From a virus (lineage: Duplodnaviria; Heunggongvirae; Uroviricota; Caudoviricetes), in the IMG/VR virus record IMGVR_UViG_2585427772_000005, positions 1-25,733 of that record: DNA of 25,733 nucleotides; one strand, written 5' to 3'. Below the pieces are notes generated by a model that was not told where the DNA came from, did no database searches, and saw only the letters and a program-made list of their open reading frames with translations. The position numbers and the translations under genes are program-made. Positions 7,893 through 15,937 of this stretch are shown here, piece by piece; within the stretch, counting starts at the first letter, position 1, and each line of letters opens with the position of its first letter.

Positions 7893-8933
7893 ATGGCTAA
7901 TGCCTGGCTCAGGTTATGGCATGACATGCCAAATGATCCTAAGTGGCGAACAATTTCCAGGGTGTCAGGACAGCCAATTGCAACAGTGATGGCGGTGTAT
8001 ATCCACCTTCTGGTGAGCGCGTCACGAAATGTCACGACATGTCACGGCGTGTCACTACGTGGTCACATTGATGTCACGACGGAAGATTTAGCAAGTGCGC
8101 TTGATGTGACGGAAGAAGTAATTGATTCAATTTTACAGGCAATGCAGGGGCGGGTACTTGATGGAGATTTAATCACCGGATGGGAAAAACGCCAGGTACT
8201 GAAAGAGGACAATGGCAACGTTTCACAAACCGCGAAATCCCCGGCAGAGCGCAAGAGAGCGCAGCGCGAGAGGGAAAAATTACGAAAACAGAATGAGGGG
8301 TGTCACGACGAGTCACGCATATGTCACGACATGTCACGACGAGTCACGACAGATAAAGATACAGATAAAGAATTAAACCCCACACATAACGCGCACGTGC
8401 GCGAGAGTGCTCCGACCAGTGAGTCGAGTGGTACGCCGTTGCAGGCAGCAGAACCTGCATCCCTGGATGGACTGAGCGAACCCATCGGGAAATTTCCGAT
8501 GGTCGATGACTGGCATCCGTCGCCGGATTTTCGACGACGGGCTGCGTTGTGGGGGATGGCTTTGCCGGAGCCGGAATTTACACCTGCTGAACTTGCCGCT
8601 TTCCGGGACTACTGGGCAGCGGAGGGGAAAGTTTTCACGCAGGTTCAGTGGGAGCAGAAATTCGCCCGTCACGTAAATCACGTCAGGGCGCAGGTTAAGC
8701 CAGTCAGCAAGGGGGTAAACCATGCAGCAGCACCAGGTGGCACCGCATCACGGGCAGTTCAGGAAATTCGGGCAGCACGTGAGCAGTGGGAACGTGAAAA
8801 CGGATTTATCAGCGACGGAAACGGTCTGGAAGCTGTGGGAACTCATGGGGGAGGTTTATTCGAACCGCTGGACCCAGAAGAACGGGGCCGCACCTTCGAA
8901 GCTCTGGATTGCACAGATTGGCGCGATGACTGA
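7893..8933 (+). CDS. Replication initiator (lambda O-like replisome organiser) with the origin embedded in its coding sequence
   Basis: N-terminus (MANAWLRLWHDMPNDPKWRTIS) resembles phage replisome-organiser N-domains. Two iteron clusters followed by an AT-rich block lie inside the ORF. The 3' end is uncertain because the last ~210 nt overlap the P-like gene in another frame. Confidence 0.7.
   Translation: MANAWLRLWHDMPNDPKWRTISRVSGQPIATVMAVYIHLLVSASRNVTTCHGVSLRGHIDVTTEDLASALDVTEEVIDSILQAMQGRVLDGDLITGWEKRQVLKEDNGNVSQTAKSPAERKRAQREREKLRKQNEGCHDESRICHDMSRRVTTDKDTDKELNPTHNAHVRESAPTSESSGTPLQAAEPASLDGLSEPIGKFPMVDDWHPSPDFRRRAALWGMALPEPEFTPAELAAFRDYWAAEGKVFTQVQWEQKFARHVNHVRAQVKPVSKGVNHAAAPGGTASRAVQEIRAAREQWERENGFISDGNGLEAVGTHGGGLFEPLDPEERGRTFEALDCTDWRDD
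8021..8082. repeat. Iteron cluster 1: six direct GTCAC(G) repeats at roughly 10-11 bp spacing
   Basis: Direct reading: GTCACGAAAT GTCACGACAT GTCACGGCGT GTCACTACGT G GTCACATTGAT GTCACGACGG. Confidence 0.75.
8302..8380. repeat. Iteron cluster 2 (five GTCACG repeats) followed by an AT-rich block; candidate origin of replication
   Basis: GTCACGACG A GTCACGCATAT GTCACGACAT GTCACGACGA GTCACGAC, then AGATAAAGATACAGATAAAGAATTAAA. The layout resembles the lambda ori inside gene O. Confidence 0.7.
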
Positions 8934-9387
8934 GCAGCAAATCCGACAGGTCTGCCGCCAGTGCATGGACCGCTGCCGGGCGGGTGAAACATGGCCTCCG
9001 GACCTGGCTGAGTTTGTGGCGCTGATTTCGGAGAGCGGAGCCAATCCATTCGGTCTGACGGTGGATGCTGTGATGGAGGAGTACCGCCGCTGGCGCAATG
9101 AGTCCTGGCGATATGACGGAAGTGATAAGTACCCGTGGCCTCAGCCTGTGCTGTATCACATTTGCCTTGAGATGCGTTCAAAGGGGATTGAGCGCCAGAT
9201 GACCGAAGGGGAATTAAAACGGCTTGCAGAACGGCAGCTGACGAAATGGGCAAAGCATGTTAGTAACGGCCTGAGCGTTCCGCCAGTCCGGCGACAACTG
9301 GCGGCACCCAAACGCCCGTCGGGGCCAACGCCAATTGAGTTGCTGAAACAGGAATATGAACGCCGGAAAGCGGCTGGGTTTGTCTGA
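8722..9387 (+). CDS. Replication protein P-like (helicase loader, lambda P family)
   Basis: 221-aa ORF with AAGGGGG 6 nt upstream of the ATG at 8722. Similarity to lambda P runs from near the N-terminus (WIAQIGAMTEQQIRQ ... PDLAEFVAL ... YPWPQPVLYHICLEMRSKG against lambda P WVLAFRENGITTMEQV ... PGQFVAW ... YPWKSNAHYWLV). Confidence 0.65.
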   Translation: MQQHQVAPHHGQFRKFGQHVSSGNVKTDLSATETVWKLWELMGEVYSNRWTQKNGAAPSKLWIAQIGAMTEQQIRQVCRQCMDRCRAGETWPPDLAEFVALISESGANPFGLTVDAVMEEYRRWRNESWRYDGSDKYPWPQPVLYHICLEMRSKGIERQMTEGELKRLAERQLTKWAKHVSNGLSVPPVRRQLAAPKRPSGPTPIELLKQEYERRKAAGFV

Positions 9388-9419
9388 GTTGAGAAGTAAT
9401 TTTTACCGGGAGGAAATTT

Positions 9420-10172
9420 ATGGAGACTGTTTTTGACGCACTGAAAGCGATGGGAAAAGCCACGTCGGTAGAGCTGGCTGCGCGACTTGATATCAGTCGT
9501 GAAGAAGTGCTGAACGAACTATGGGAACTGAAAAAGGCTGGTTTCGTTGATAAAAGCGCGTACACCTGGCGTGTGGCTGATAACAACGTTCAGCAGGAAC
9601 AGCCAGCGCAGGCAGAACTGCCGGAAGAAACCACCACAGCAACAGTAGCGAAAATCTCAGAGTGCGATTTAACCGCAACGATTGAACAACGCGGACCACA
9701 AACGGCGGATGAACTGGCTACGTTTTTCGGCATCACATCACGCAAAGTGGCTTCAACGCTGGCAATGGCAATCAGTAAAGGTCGTCTGATTCGCGTTAAT
9801 CAGAACGGTAAATTTCGTTACTGCATGCCGGGCGATAATTTACCAGCAGAGCCGAAAGCTGCATCGGTAGCGGAAACTGATGGTAAAGCCTTTCCTCAGC
9901 CAGCCGGTGTTGCGTTACCAGTACTGGAAGCTGCAACACAGGAAGATATTAAAACCGAAACTGTGGCGGACATTGTGCAGTCGTTGCCATCGTTTACTGA
10001 AACGCAAGCGGATAACCTGATTTTACCATCGCTGCATATAGCAAATCGTGAACTGCGTCGGGCGAAAAGTCATGTCCAGAAGTGGGAACGAGTCTGCACC
10101 GCGCTGCGGGAGCTGAACAAGCACCGGGATATTCTTCGGGATATTACCGCGACCGGAGAGCTGCAGCGGTGA
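9420..10172 (+). CDS. Prophage protein with an N-terminal winged-helix-like domain (DUF1627-like)
   Basis: 250-aa ORF with GGAGG 7 nt upstream. The N-terminus ([29 protein letters not shown]) looks like a winged-helix DNA-binding domain. Conserved hypothetical of E. coli lambdoid prophages, from memory. Confidence 0.6.
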   Translation: METVFDALKAMGKATSVELAARLDISREEVLNELWELKKAGFVDKSAYTWRVADNNVQQEQPAQAELPEETTTATVAKISECDLTATIEQRGPQTADELATFFGITSRKVASTLAMAISKGRLIRVNQNGKFRYCMPGDNLPAEPKAASVAETDGKAFPQPAGVALPVLEAATQEDIKTETVADIVQSLPSFTETQADNLILPSLHIANRELRRAKSHVQKWERVCTALRELNKHRDILRDITATGELQR

Positions 10173-10486
10173 GTGGCTGGAAGAAGTGGTACGAGGCTGA
10201 AATCATGATACTCCGGCAGTGTGCGGGAACGATGACGGTCGAAAGCATTGGGAGGCTGACCGGTCGTACAGGTGATGCTGTCAGAACGAAAGCGCGGGAA
10301 CTGGGTGTCAGCCTGATGTTACGGGGTGATTATCACCAGTCAACAAAATATCCGCAGAGTGATATTGAACTGGCGCGACAGCTGCATCAGCGTGGCGTAC
10401 CCAGGAGAGAAATCGCCAGAAAATTTGGAATGCCGTTGCGCACAGTGAATAACTACGTTTATTTCGACAGGAGAGTTCAGGAGTGA
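10169..10486 (+). CDS. Small HTH DNA-binding protein
   Basis: GTG start overlapping the upstream stop (GTGA); the track start at 10082 lies inside the upstream gene. C-terminal HTH pattern ([21 protein letters not shown]). Confidence 0.5.
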   Translation: MSGWKKWYEAEIMILRQCAGTMTVESIGRLTGRTGDAVRTKARELGVSLMLRGDYHQSTKYPQSDIELARQLHQRGVPRREIARKFGMPLRTVNNYVYFDRRVQE

Positions 10487-10779
10487 GGGTGAGAGTTTAT
10501 ATTGCCGGTCCAATGACCGGGTATAAAAATTTCAACCGTGAGGCGTTCCACAAGGCGGAAGAGGAACTGAAACGGGAAGGGCATACAGTCTTGAACCCGG
10601 CAGTACTTCCGGATGGGCTGACACAGCCGCACTACATGGATATTTGCATGGCAATGATTCGTTGTGTGGATGCGATTTACATGCTGAAAGGCTGGCAGCG
10701 GTCAGCAGGTGCTAAGGCAGAACTGGCGCTGGCGGAGAAACTGGGGCATGCAGTTATTTTCCAGGAGGAGGTACAGTGA
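10483..10779 (+). CDS. DUF4406-like protein (nucleoside 2-deoxyribosyltransferase-like fold)
   Basis: 98-aa ORF with CAGGAG upstream. The N-terminal motif VYIAGPMTG is typical of this family. Confidence 0.7.
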   Translation: MRVRVYIAGPMTGYKNFNREAFHKAEEELKREGHTVLNPAVLPDGLTQPHYMDICMAMIRCVDAIYMLKGWQRSAGAKAELALAEKLGHAVIFQEEVQ

Positions 10780-11051
10780 ATATCGACGCAACAATGACGA
10801 TTGGTACGGCCCTCAATACGGGGTTGGCGCTTCTTGGTTGGTGCTACATCATGTTCTGCTCATGGCGGTGGCTGTCACTGATGTTACTGAAAGAATGGAA
10901 TAAACGCTGTAAACAGACGCAGCGGCAGAAGGCAATGAATGCGTTTTTTGAGACCTTCGATATTGACAGTATAGAACCAGGAGAGCCAGCTCGCGTGATT
11001 AGCAGAGGTGACGTTGTAATTCTTGTATACCGGAGTGAAGAGAAAGCATAA
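10776..11051 (+). CDS. Hypothetical small membrane protein
   Basis: GTG start overlapping the upstream stop with GGAGG upstream. One predicted transmembrane segment (LALLGWCYIMFCSWRWLSLMLL). Confidence 0.45.
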   Translation: MNIDATMTIGTALNTGLALLGWCYIMFCSWRWLSLMLLKEWNKRCKQTQRQKAMNAFFETFDIDSIEPGEPARVISRGDVVILVYRSEEKA

Positions 11052-11156
11052 TCCAAATCTGAATAATTAAATCCAGCACTGTAAATAAAATTTAATCCTT
11101 AACCGGAGGGATTTCTGCACCCTCAGAACATCAGGAGGCCGCCTGAAAGGGCGGTA

Positions 11157-11579
11157 ATGAAAATGACTGAATTAACAAAAGAACAATTAATCGAAGAAGC
11201 CAAATTAAAAATAGCGATTACGAAATGCCACCCCAATTCAGGGATGGCGCGAGTAGAGGGCGAGTTATTCAAAATTGCACTGGCATCGCTGGAAGCAGAG
11301 CCGATAGCGTGGCGATATCGCTACGTGAAAAAAGGTGTTATGGACTCTCAGGGGGAGTTGTGGGTTGGTGACTGGAAATATGTACCGAAAAAAGAGGATT
11401 GTAACGACAGGCCGAACTATGAAATTCAGGCCTTATTCACTGCCCCACCAGTCCCGGTTACATCAGAAGAACTGGTTAAAGCTGTGCACTTTTATGAACA
11501 ACTAAAACGCGAAAATCCACCAGCATCCGGCAACCAGATTAATGGGTTAACTATGCCGGTTAAACGACCAGCCGACTGA
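11157..11579 (+). CDS. Hypothetical protein, 140 aa
   Basis: AAGGG about 7 nt upstream of the ATG; protein-like composition. I recognise no family. Confidence 0.55.
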   Translation: MKMTELTKEQLIEEAKLKIAITKCHPNSGMARVEGELFKIALASLEAEPIAWRYRYVKKGVMDSQGELWVGDWKYVPKKEDCNDRPNYEIQALFTAPPVPVTSEELVKAVHFYEQLKRENPPASGNQINGLTMPVKRPAD

Positions 11580-11790
11580 AAAACGGAAACCTGATTACAG
11601 ATTCCCAGATAAGGCAATGAGCTACCTGGCGTAGAGTGGGCTGATAAGTATGGGGAATGTTTTACGATGAATATTTAGACTAAAGAGTTTGTAACGCTAT
11701 GTAAGTGATTTTTTCTGGTTTAGATATTTATATGTCCGGCCAAATTGAGGTGTGTTTAAATGTAATTGCACATTGATTGTAGGGGGAATA

Positions 11791-11970
11791 ATGAAAAACG
11801 CATTGCAGTTTTTGTTTGTTGCGTTCTGGTTGTTCGCATCATGTATGCCCATCATCTTCACAGCAAGGTATATGGAAAAAATTGATGTTTTGATATTAAT
11901 GTTTGGACATATAAATGCCCTTTTTTTAGGGGTGTTCATGGCGGTCACGTGCATTGAATACTGGCGGTAA
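11791..11970 (+). CDS. Small hydrophobic (two-transmembrane) protein, 59 aa, in an AT-rich insert
   Basis: AGGGGG lies 4 nt upstream of the ATG at 11791. Two hydrophobic stretches (LQFLFVAFWLFASCMPIIF; LFLGVFMAVTCI). The overlapping minus-strand ORF 11697..11954 lacks comparable signals. Confidence 0.4.
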   Translation: MKNALQFLFVAFWLFASCMPIIFTARYMEKIDVLILMFGHINALFLGVFMAVTCIEYWR

Positions 11971-12229
11971 ATACAGCGAACGCTATTGGTTTAGTTGGAT
12001 ATTTACTGTGCCGGACAAAAACGGTTTGCAGGGAAATCTTAGTTAAGTAGAATGACTGTGGGTGCTTGAGGCTATCTGTCTCAGGCATGAACACCAAAAG
12101 GCAGATAGAGAAAAGCCCCAGTTAACATTACGCGTCCTGCAAGACGCTTAACATTAATCTGAGGCCATATCTATGCTCTACACACGTAGGTTAGCCTCTT
12201 ACGTGCCGAAAGGCAAGGAGAAGCAGGCT

Positions 12230-12385
12230 ATGAAGCAGCAAAAGGCGATGCTAATCGCCCTGATCGTCATCTGTTTAACCGTCATAGTGACGGCACTGGT
12301 AACGAGGAAAGACCTCTGCGAGGTACGAATCCGAACCGGCCAGACGGAGGTCGCTGTCTTCACAGCTTACGAACCTGAGGAGTAA
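12230..12385 (+). CDS. hok: Hok/Gef-family type I toxin (HokD/RelF-like, 51 aa)
   Basis: The translation MKQQKAMLIALIVICLTVIVTALVTRKDLCEVRIRTGQTEVAVFTAYEPEE has the Hok-family hydrophobic helix and conserved LC-E-R core, and matches the chromosomal HokD/RelF sequence as I recall it. The track ORF starting at 12173 is an in-frame upstream extension. A strong terminator follows. Confidence 0.8.
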   Translation: MKQQKAMLIALIVICLTVIVTALVTRKDLCEVRIRTGQTEVAVFTAYEPEE

Positions 12386-12452
12386 GAGACCGGGCGGGGG
12401 AGAAATCCCTCGCCACCTCTGATGTGTCAGGCATCCTCAACGCACCCGCACT

Positions 12453-12483
12453 TAACCCGCTTCGGCGGGTTTTTGTTTTTATT
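12453..12483 (+). terminator. Rho-independent terminator downstream of hok
   Basis: ACCCGC-TTCG-GCGGGT hairpin followed by TTTTGTTTTTATTTT. Confidence 0.7.
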
Positions 12484-12604
12484 TTCAACGCGTTTGAAGT
12501 TTTAGATGGTGCCGGAATAGAATCAAAAATACTTAAGTAGCGCGCAGGGAGAAGAGGGATGGACCCCGAAGGGGAAGAGCTATTTATCTGGAAGGATTCT
12601 GAAG

Positions 12605-12778
12605 ATGAAAATCGAAGAATTACGTGAAATTTTTAGTGAAGATGGCCTCTATGCTGTGCGCGTTGAGAATGGGGGTATTACCTACACAGCGTTAATTCCT
12701 GATGATCATGTAGTGTTATCTGTTGAGGCATTCATTGAATACTTGGAAAGACTCGGTTTCAAGGTAGTTCGGGAATAA
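12605..12778 (+). CDS. Small hypothetical protein, 57 aa (below the ORF-track cutoff)
   Basis: ATG at 12605 with GAAGGA 8 nt upstream. The translation MKIEELREIFSEDGLYAVRVENGGITYTALIPDDHVVLSVEAFIEYLERLGFKVVRE has balanced, protein-like composition. Confidence 0.35.
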   Translation: MKIEELREIFSEDGLYAVRVENGGITYTALIPDDHVVLSVEAFIEYLERLGFKVVRE

Positions 12779-12837
12779 GTTATAATACGTGAGCCAGCCT
12801 GAACAACTGGCAACCTGCAGCGCCATTGGAGATGACA

Positions 12838-13110
12838 ATGGCGCATAATTTCAAATTTCGCAATTCTGATTCTGCCTTTGCCAGCAGGCACGGGTGGCGT
12901 TCTCACGCATTCAAATATGACTGGTATCAGCACGATCCCTGTACTGAAGAACAGGCCGAATGGCTGATTCATAACTACCGCAGACGTGGATATGAGTTTA
13001 GGAAAGCCCTCACCCTCGATTATCGTCACTGGATAATCTACGTCAGACTCCCTTATTCCGAACGCCCACCGCGTCCGTCCCGCACATTCCAGCAACGCAT
13101 CTGGAGGTAA
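12838..13110 (+). CDS. Hypothetical nin-region protein, about 90 aa
   Basis: GGAG 6 nt upstream of the ATG at 12838. It ends 1 nt before the DUF968-like gene on the same strand. The larger antisense ORF 12706..13236 has low-complexity S/T/R-rich composition. Confidence 0.5.
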   Translation: MAHNFKFRNSDSAFASRHGWRSHAFKYDWYQHDPCTEEQAEWLIHNYRRRGYEFRKALTLDYRHWIIYVRLPYSERPPRPSRTFQQRIWR

Positions 13111-13111
13111 C

Positions 13112-14158
13112 GTGCGGGTATTACTTCGACCTGTTCTGGTACCGGAACTCGGGCTGGTGATCGTTAAGCCGGGCCGTGAATCCATGCCGGTATTCCACAA
13201 TACCCGGGTACTGGTGGAGCCGGAACCGAAAAGCATGCGTAATCTGCCGTCCGGGGTCGTTCCTGCCGTTCGCCAGCCGCTGGCGGAGGATAAATCATTA
13301 CTGCCATTTTTCAGCGACGAACGAGTGATTCGTGCTGCTGGTGGCGCTGGCGCATTGTCTGACTGGTTACTGCGCCATGTTAAATCCTGCCAGTGGCCAC
13401 ACGGCGATTATCACCACAGTGAAACCGTCATTCACCGTTATGGTACCGGCGCAATGGTGTTGTGCTGGCACTGCGACAACCAGCTGCGCGACCAGACCTC
13501 CGAATCACTCGGGCAACTTGCTCACCAAAACCTGTCTGCATGGATGATTGACGTCATACGCCATGCAATGAATGGCTCGCAGGAACGGGAATTATCGCTG
13601 GCTGAATTATCCTGGTGGGCGGTCCGCAATCAGGTGGCGGACGCGCTACCGGAAGCGGTATTACGTCGTTCGCTGGGGTTGCGTGCGGAAAAAATCCGCT
13701 CAATGTACCGTGAAAGCGACATCGTACCGGGAGAGCAGACCGCCACCAGCATACTGAAGCAGCGCACAAAAAATCTTGCGCCGCTGCCTCACGCCCACCA
13801 GCAAAACCCGCCACAGGAAGAGACGGTGGTCAGCATTGCCGTTGATCCTGAGTCTCCGGAATCTTTCATGAAACGACCTAAACGTCGCCGCTGGGTTAAC
13901 GAGAAATACACACGCTGGGTGAAGACACAGCCGTGTGCGTGTTGTGGTAAGCCAGCCGACGATCCCCATCACCTGATTGGTCATGGTCAGGGCGGAATGG
14001 GGACAAAATCTCACGATATTTTCACGCTACCGTTGTGTCGGGAGCATCACAACGAGCTTCATGCGGATCCTCTGGCGTTCGAAGAAAAGCATGGTTCTCA
14101 GGTTGATTTAATTTTTCGTTTTCTTGATCACGCCTTTGCAACTGGCGTGCTTGGGTAA
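13112..14158 (+). CDS. DUF968-like prophage protein with a C-terminal HNH/zinc-finger-like motif
   Basis: 348-aa ORF. The C-terminus has CACCGK...DPHHLIGHGQGG...LCREHHNELH, the Cys/His pattern typical of DUF968 proteins (YdfU-like) that sit upstream of rusA and Q in E. coli prophages. Confidence 0.7.
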   Translation: MRVLLRPVLVPELGLVIVKPGRESMPVFHNTRVLVEPEPKSMRNLPSGVVPAVRQPLAEDKSLLPFFSDERVIRAAGGAGALSDWLLRHVKSCQWPHGDYHHSETVIHRYGTGAMVLCWHCDNQLRDQTSESLGQLAHQNLSAWMIDVIRHAMNGSQERELSLAELSWWAVRNQVADALPEAVLRRSLGLRAEKIRSMYRESDIVPGEQTATSILKQRTKNLAPLPHAHQQNPPQEETVVSIAVDPESPESFMKRPKRRRWVNEKYTRWVKTQPCACCGKPADDPHHLIGHGQGGMGTKSHDIFTLPLCREHHNELHADPLAFEEKHGSQVDLIFRFLDHAFATGVLG

Positions 14159-14170
14159 AAGAGGTGACTG

Positions 14171-14545
14171 ATGCTCATAGATTTGGTTTTACCTTACCCG
14201 CCGACGGTGAACACTTACTGGCGACGCCGTGGCAGCACATATTTTGTATCAAAAGCCGGGGAGCGTTATCGCCGGGCAGTGGCGCTTATTGTTCGCCAGC
14301 AGCGGCTGAAATTAAGCCTGTCCGGAAGGCTGGCGATAAAGGTGATTGCAGAGCCACCGGATAAGCGTCGTCGCGACCTGGACAATATCCTGAAAGCACC
14401 GCTGGATGCGCTGACGCATGCGGGAGTGTTAATGGACGATGAGCAGTTTGATGAAATCAATATCGTTCGTGGTCAGCCAGTATCTGGTGGACGTATGGGG
14501 GTGAAGATTTACCCCATAATGCATGAAGAGCAGGTCAAAAAATGA
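14171..14545 (+). CDS. rusA: Crossover junction endodeoxyribonuclease RusA (Holliday junction resolvase)
   Basis: 124-aa ORF with AGAGGTG upstream. Conserved RusA pattern (PPTVNTYWRRRG ... DKRRRDLDNILKAPLDALTHAGVLMDDEQ). Confidence 0.85.
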   Translation: MLIDLVLPYPPTVNTYWRRRGSTYFVSKAGERYRRAVALIVRQQRLKLSLSGRLAIKVIAEPPDKRRRDLDNILKAPLDALTHAGVLMDDEQFDEINIVRGQPVSGGRMGVKIYPIMHEEQVKK

Positions 14546-15363
14546 AACTGGAAGATTTACCGAAATACTACTCCCCAAAATCCCCTGGCCTGACCGATGC
14601 ATCGGCCTCAACGTCAAAAGATGCGCTGAGTATCACTGATGTGATGGCCGCGCAGGGCATGACACAGAATCGGGCTGAGATGGGGTTTTCTGCGTTCCTG
14701 GGGAAAATGGGCATCAGTATGAATGACAGGGCGCGGGCAACAGAATTACTGGCAGATTATGCACTCAGTCGGTGCGATCGTGTGGCGGCGTTGAGAAAAC
14801 TTCCGGCAGAAATAAAACCGGTAGTGATGCGCATTATGGCTTCGTATGCGTTTGAAGATTATGCCCGTAGCGCGGCGAGCAAAAAACAGTGCCCCTGCTG
14901 TCACGGAAAAAAATTTATTGAAAGCGAGGTTTTTACAAACAAGATCCAGTATCCGGATGGTAAGCCACCAGTGTGGGCAAAGTGCACAAAAGGCGTGTAT
15001 CCGTCTTACTGGGAAGAATGGAAAAAAGTCAGGGAGGTGGTAAAAGTTGCCTGTCCGGAGTGTGGCGGAAAGGGTGAGGTTTCCACCGCCTGTAAGGATT
15101 GCCGTGGGCGTGGTGTCGCCATTCATCGTGAAGAGTCGGTAAAACGTGGTATGCCTGTTATCAGAGATTGCCAGCGTTGTGGTGGTCGTGGCTGTGAAAG
15201 GCTGCCATCAACGGAGGCATTTAATGCCATATGCAAAGTGACGAGTGCTATCACGCTTGATACGTGGAAAAAATCAGTGAAACGCTTTTACGATACGTTG
15301 GTGGTTCGGTTTGACATTGAAGAGGCATGGGCGGAGCGGCAGTTAAAGAGGGTAACGCGATAG
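14542..15363 (+). CDS. Late-gene antitermination protein Q (Cys-rich zinc-binding Q family)
   Basis: 273-aa ORF coupled to rusA by an ATGA overlap. Multiple CxxC pairs (CPCCHGK, CPECGGKGE, CKDCRGRG, CQRCGGRGC), placed immediately upstream of a PR'-like promoter. Confidence 0.8.
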   Translation: MKLEDLPKYYSPKSPGLTDASASTSKDALSITDVMAAQGMTQNRAEMGFSAFLGKMGISMNDRARATELLADYALSRCDRVAALRKLPAEIKPVVMRIMASYAFEDYARSAASKKQCPCCHGKKFIESEVFTNKIQYPDGKPPVWAKCTKGVYPSYWEEWKKVREVVKVACPECGGKGEVSTACKDCRGRGVAIHREESVKRGMPVIRDCQRCGGRGCERLPSTEAFNAICKVTSAITLDTWKKSVKRFYDTLVVRFDIEEAWAERQLKRVTR

Positions 15364-15368
15364 TGTTG

Positions 15369-15397
15369 TTGATTTTTCCCGAATCTGTGGTAAATTT
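15369..15397 (+). promoter_or_regulatory. Candidate late promoter PR' / Q-utilisation region
   Basis: TTGATT, a 16-nt spacer, then TAAATT preceded by TGTGG. Lambda PR' also has a TAAATT -10 element. It starts 6 nt after the Q stop. Confidence 0.45.
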
Positions 15398-15443
15398 GCT
15401 CTAACGATGGGCGTTTTATGCCTGACGTTAGAAGATTTTTTAC

Positions 15444-15469
15444 ACCCCGCCGCCTGGCGGGTTTTTTAT
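15444..15469 (+). terminator. Rho-independent terminator (tR'-like) downstream of the candidate PR'
   Basis: CCCGCC-GCCT-GGCGGG hairpin followed by TTTTTTAT. Confidence 0.6.
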
Positions 15470-15589
15470 GACTGAAATCGCGTCAGTACAGTAAACGCGC
15501 TGGTGGCGGTGAATACCTGTCTTTCAGCTTGCTGGCTTTTTCGACAAGAGTTATTGGTGTGTCACGTTAACCGGAAAAGGGAAAAAGAC

Positions 15590-15787
15590 ATGCTAAAACA
15601 GCAGGATATGACAGAAACCGCCAGAGTGGTGTTTAATGAATTAAGCGTTACCGAACCGGCGACAGTCGGGGAGATAGCGCAGAATACTTACCTTTCACGC
15701 GAACGCTGCCAGTTAATACTGACCCAGCTGGTTATGGCGGGTCTGGCAGACTATCAGTTCGGTTGTTACAGACGCCTTCCGCAGTGA
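15590..15787 (+). CDS. Small putative winged-helix DNA-binding protein, 65 aa, in the late leader
   Basis: AAGGG 8 nt upstream of the ATG at 15590; the track start at 15503 lacks an SD. HTH-like segment TVGEIAQNTYLSRERCQLILTQLVMAGLADY. It is bracketed by two intrinsic terminators. Confidence 0.45.
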   Translation: MLKQQDMTETARVVFNELSVTEPATVGEIAQNTYLSRERCQLILTQLVMAGLADYQFGCYRRLPQ

Positions 15788-15799
15788 AGGCTTTTTTAT
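15774..15799 (+). terminator. Rho-independent terminator overlapping the stop codon of the small winged-helix ORF
   Basis: GCCTTC-CGCAGT-GAAGGC hairpin followed by TTTTTTATT. Confidence 0.6.
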
Positions 15800-15814
15800 T
15801 TGTGGTAAATGGGC

Positions 15815-15845
15815 GGCTGGTGGGTGTTAGGGGCACCCACCAGCC
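15815..15845 (+). other. 12-bp perfect-stem hairpin (GGCTGGTGGGTG / CACCCACCAGCC) with a 7-nt loop
   Basis: Direct reading. No U-tract follows. It lies just after a second copy of TGTGGTAAAT. Confidence 0.5.
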
Positions 15846-15937
15846 ATCTGCTCATGCGTTGGGTTCACAAGCAAACCTCAGGCCCACTGCTTTGCGCAAA
15901 AGCAGAATGAGCCTATCAGAGACAGGCTTAATGATCC

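Noticed and set aside
8021-8350. Possibility that the short direct repeats are a CRISPR array
   Set aside because: The repeat unit is only 8-10 bp with about 10-bp periodicity and no unique spacers, and it lies inside an initiator gene. This is the iteron pattern, not CRISPR.
8809-9699. Minus-strand ORFs 8809..9159, 8843..9253, 8856..9098, 9260..9586, 9493..9699
   Set aside because: Antisense to the P-like and DUF1627-like genes; Ser/Pro/Arg-rich low-complexity translations typical of shadow frames.
11052-11156. GCCGCC-TGAAAG-GGCGGT hairpin just upstream of the 140-aa ORF as a terminator
   Set aside because: No U-tract follows and it overlaps the ribosome-binding region of the downstream gene; at most a translational-control structure, not supportable as a terminator.
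12706-13236. 176-aa minus-strand ORF overlapping the nin-like gene and the DUF968-like gene start
   Set aside because: Low-complexity S/T/R-rich translation opposite to the operon direction; the plus-strand genes have SD sequences and tight coupling.
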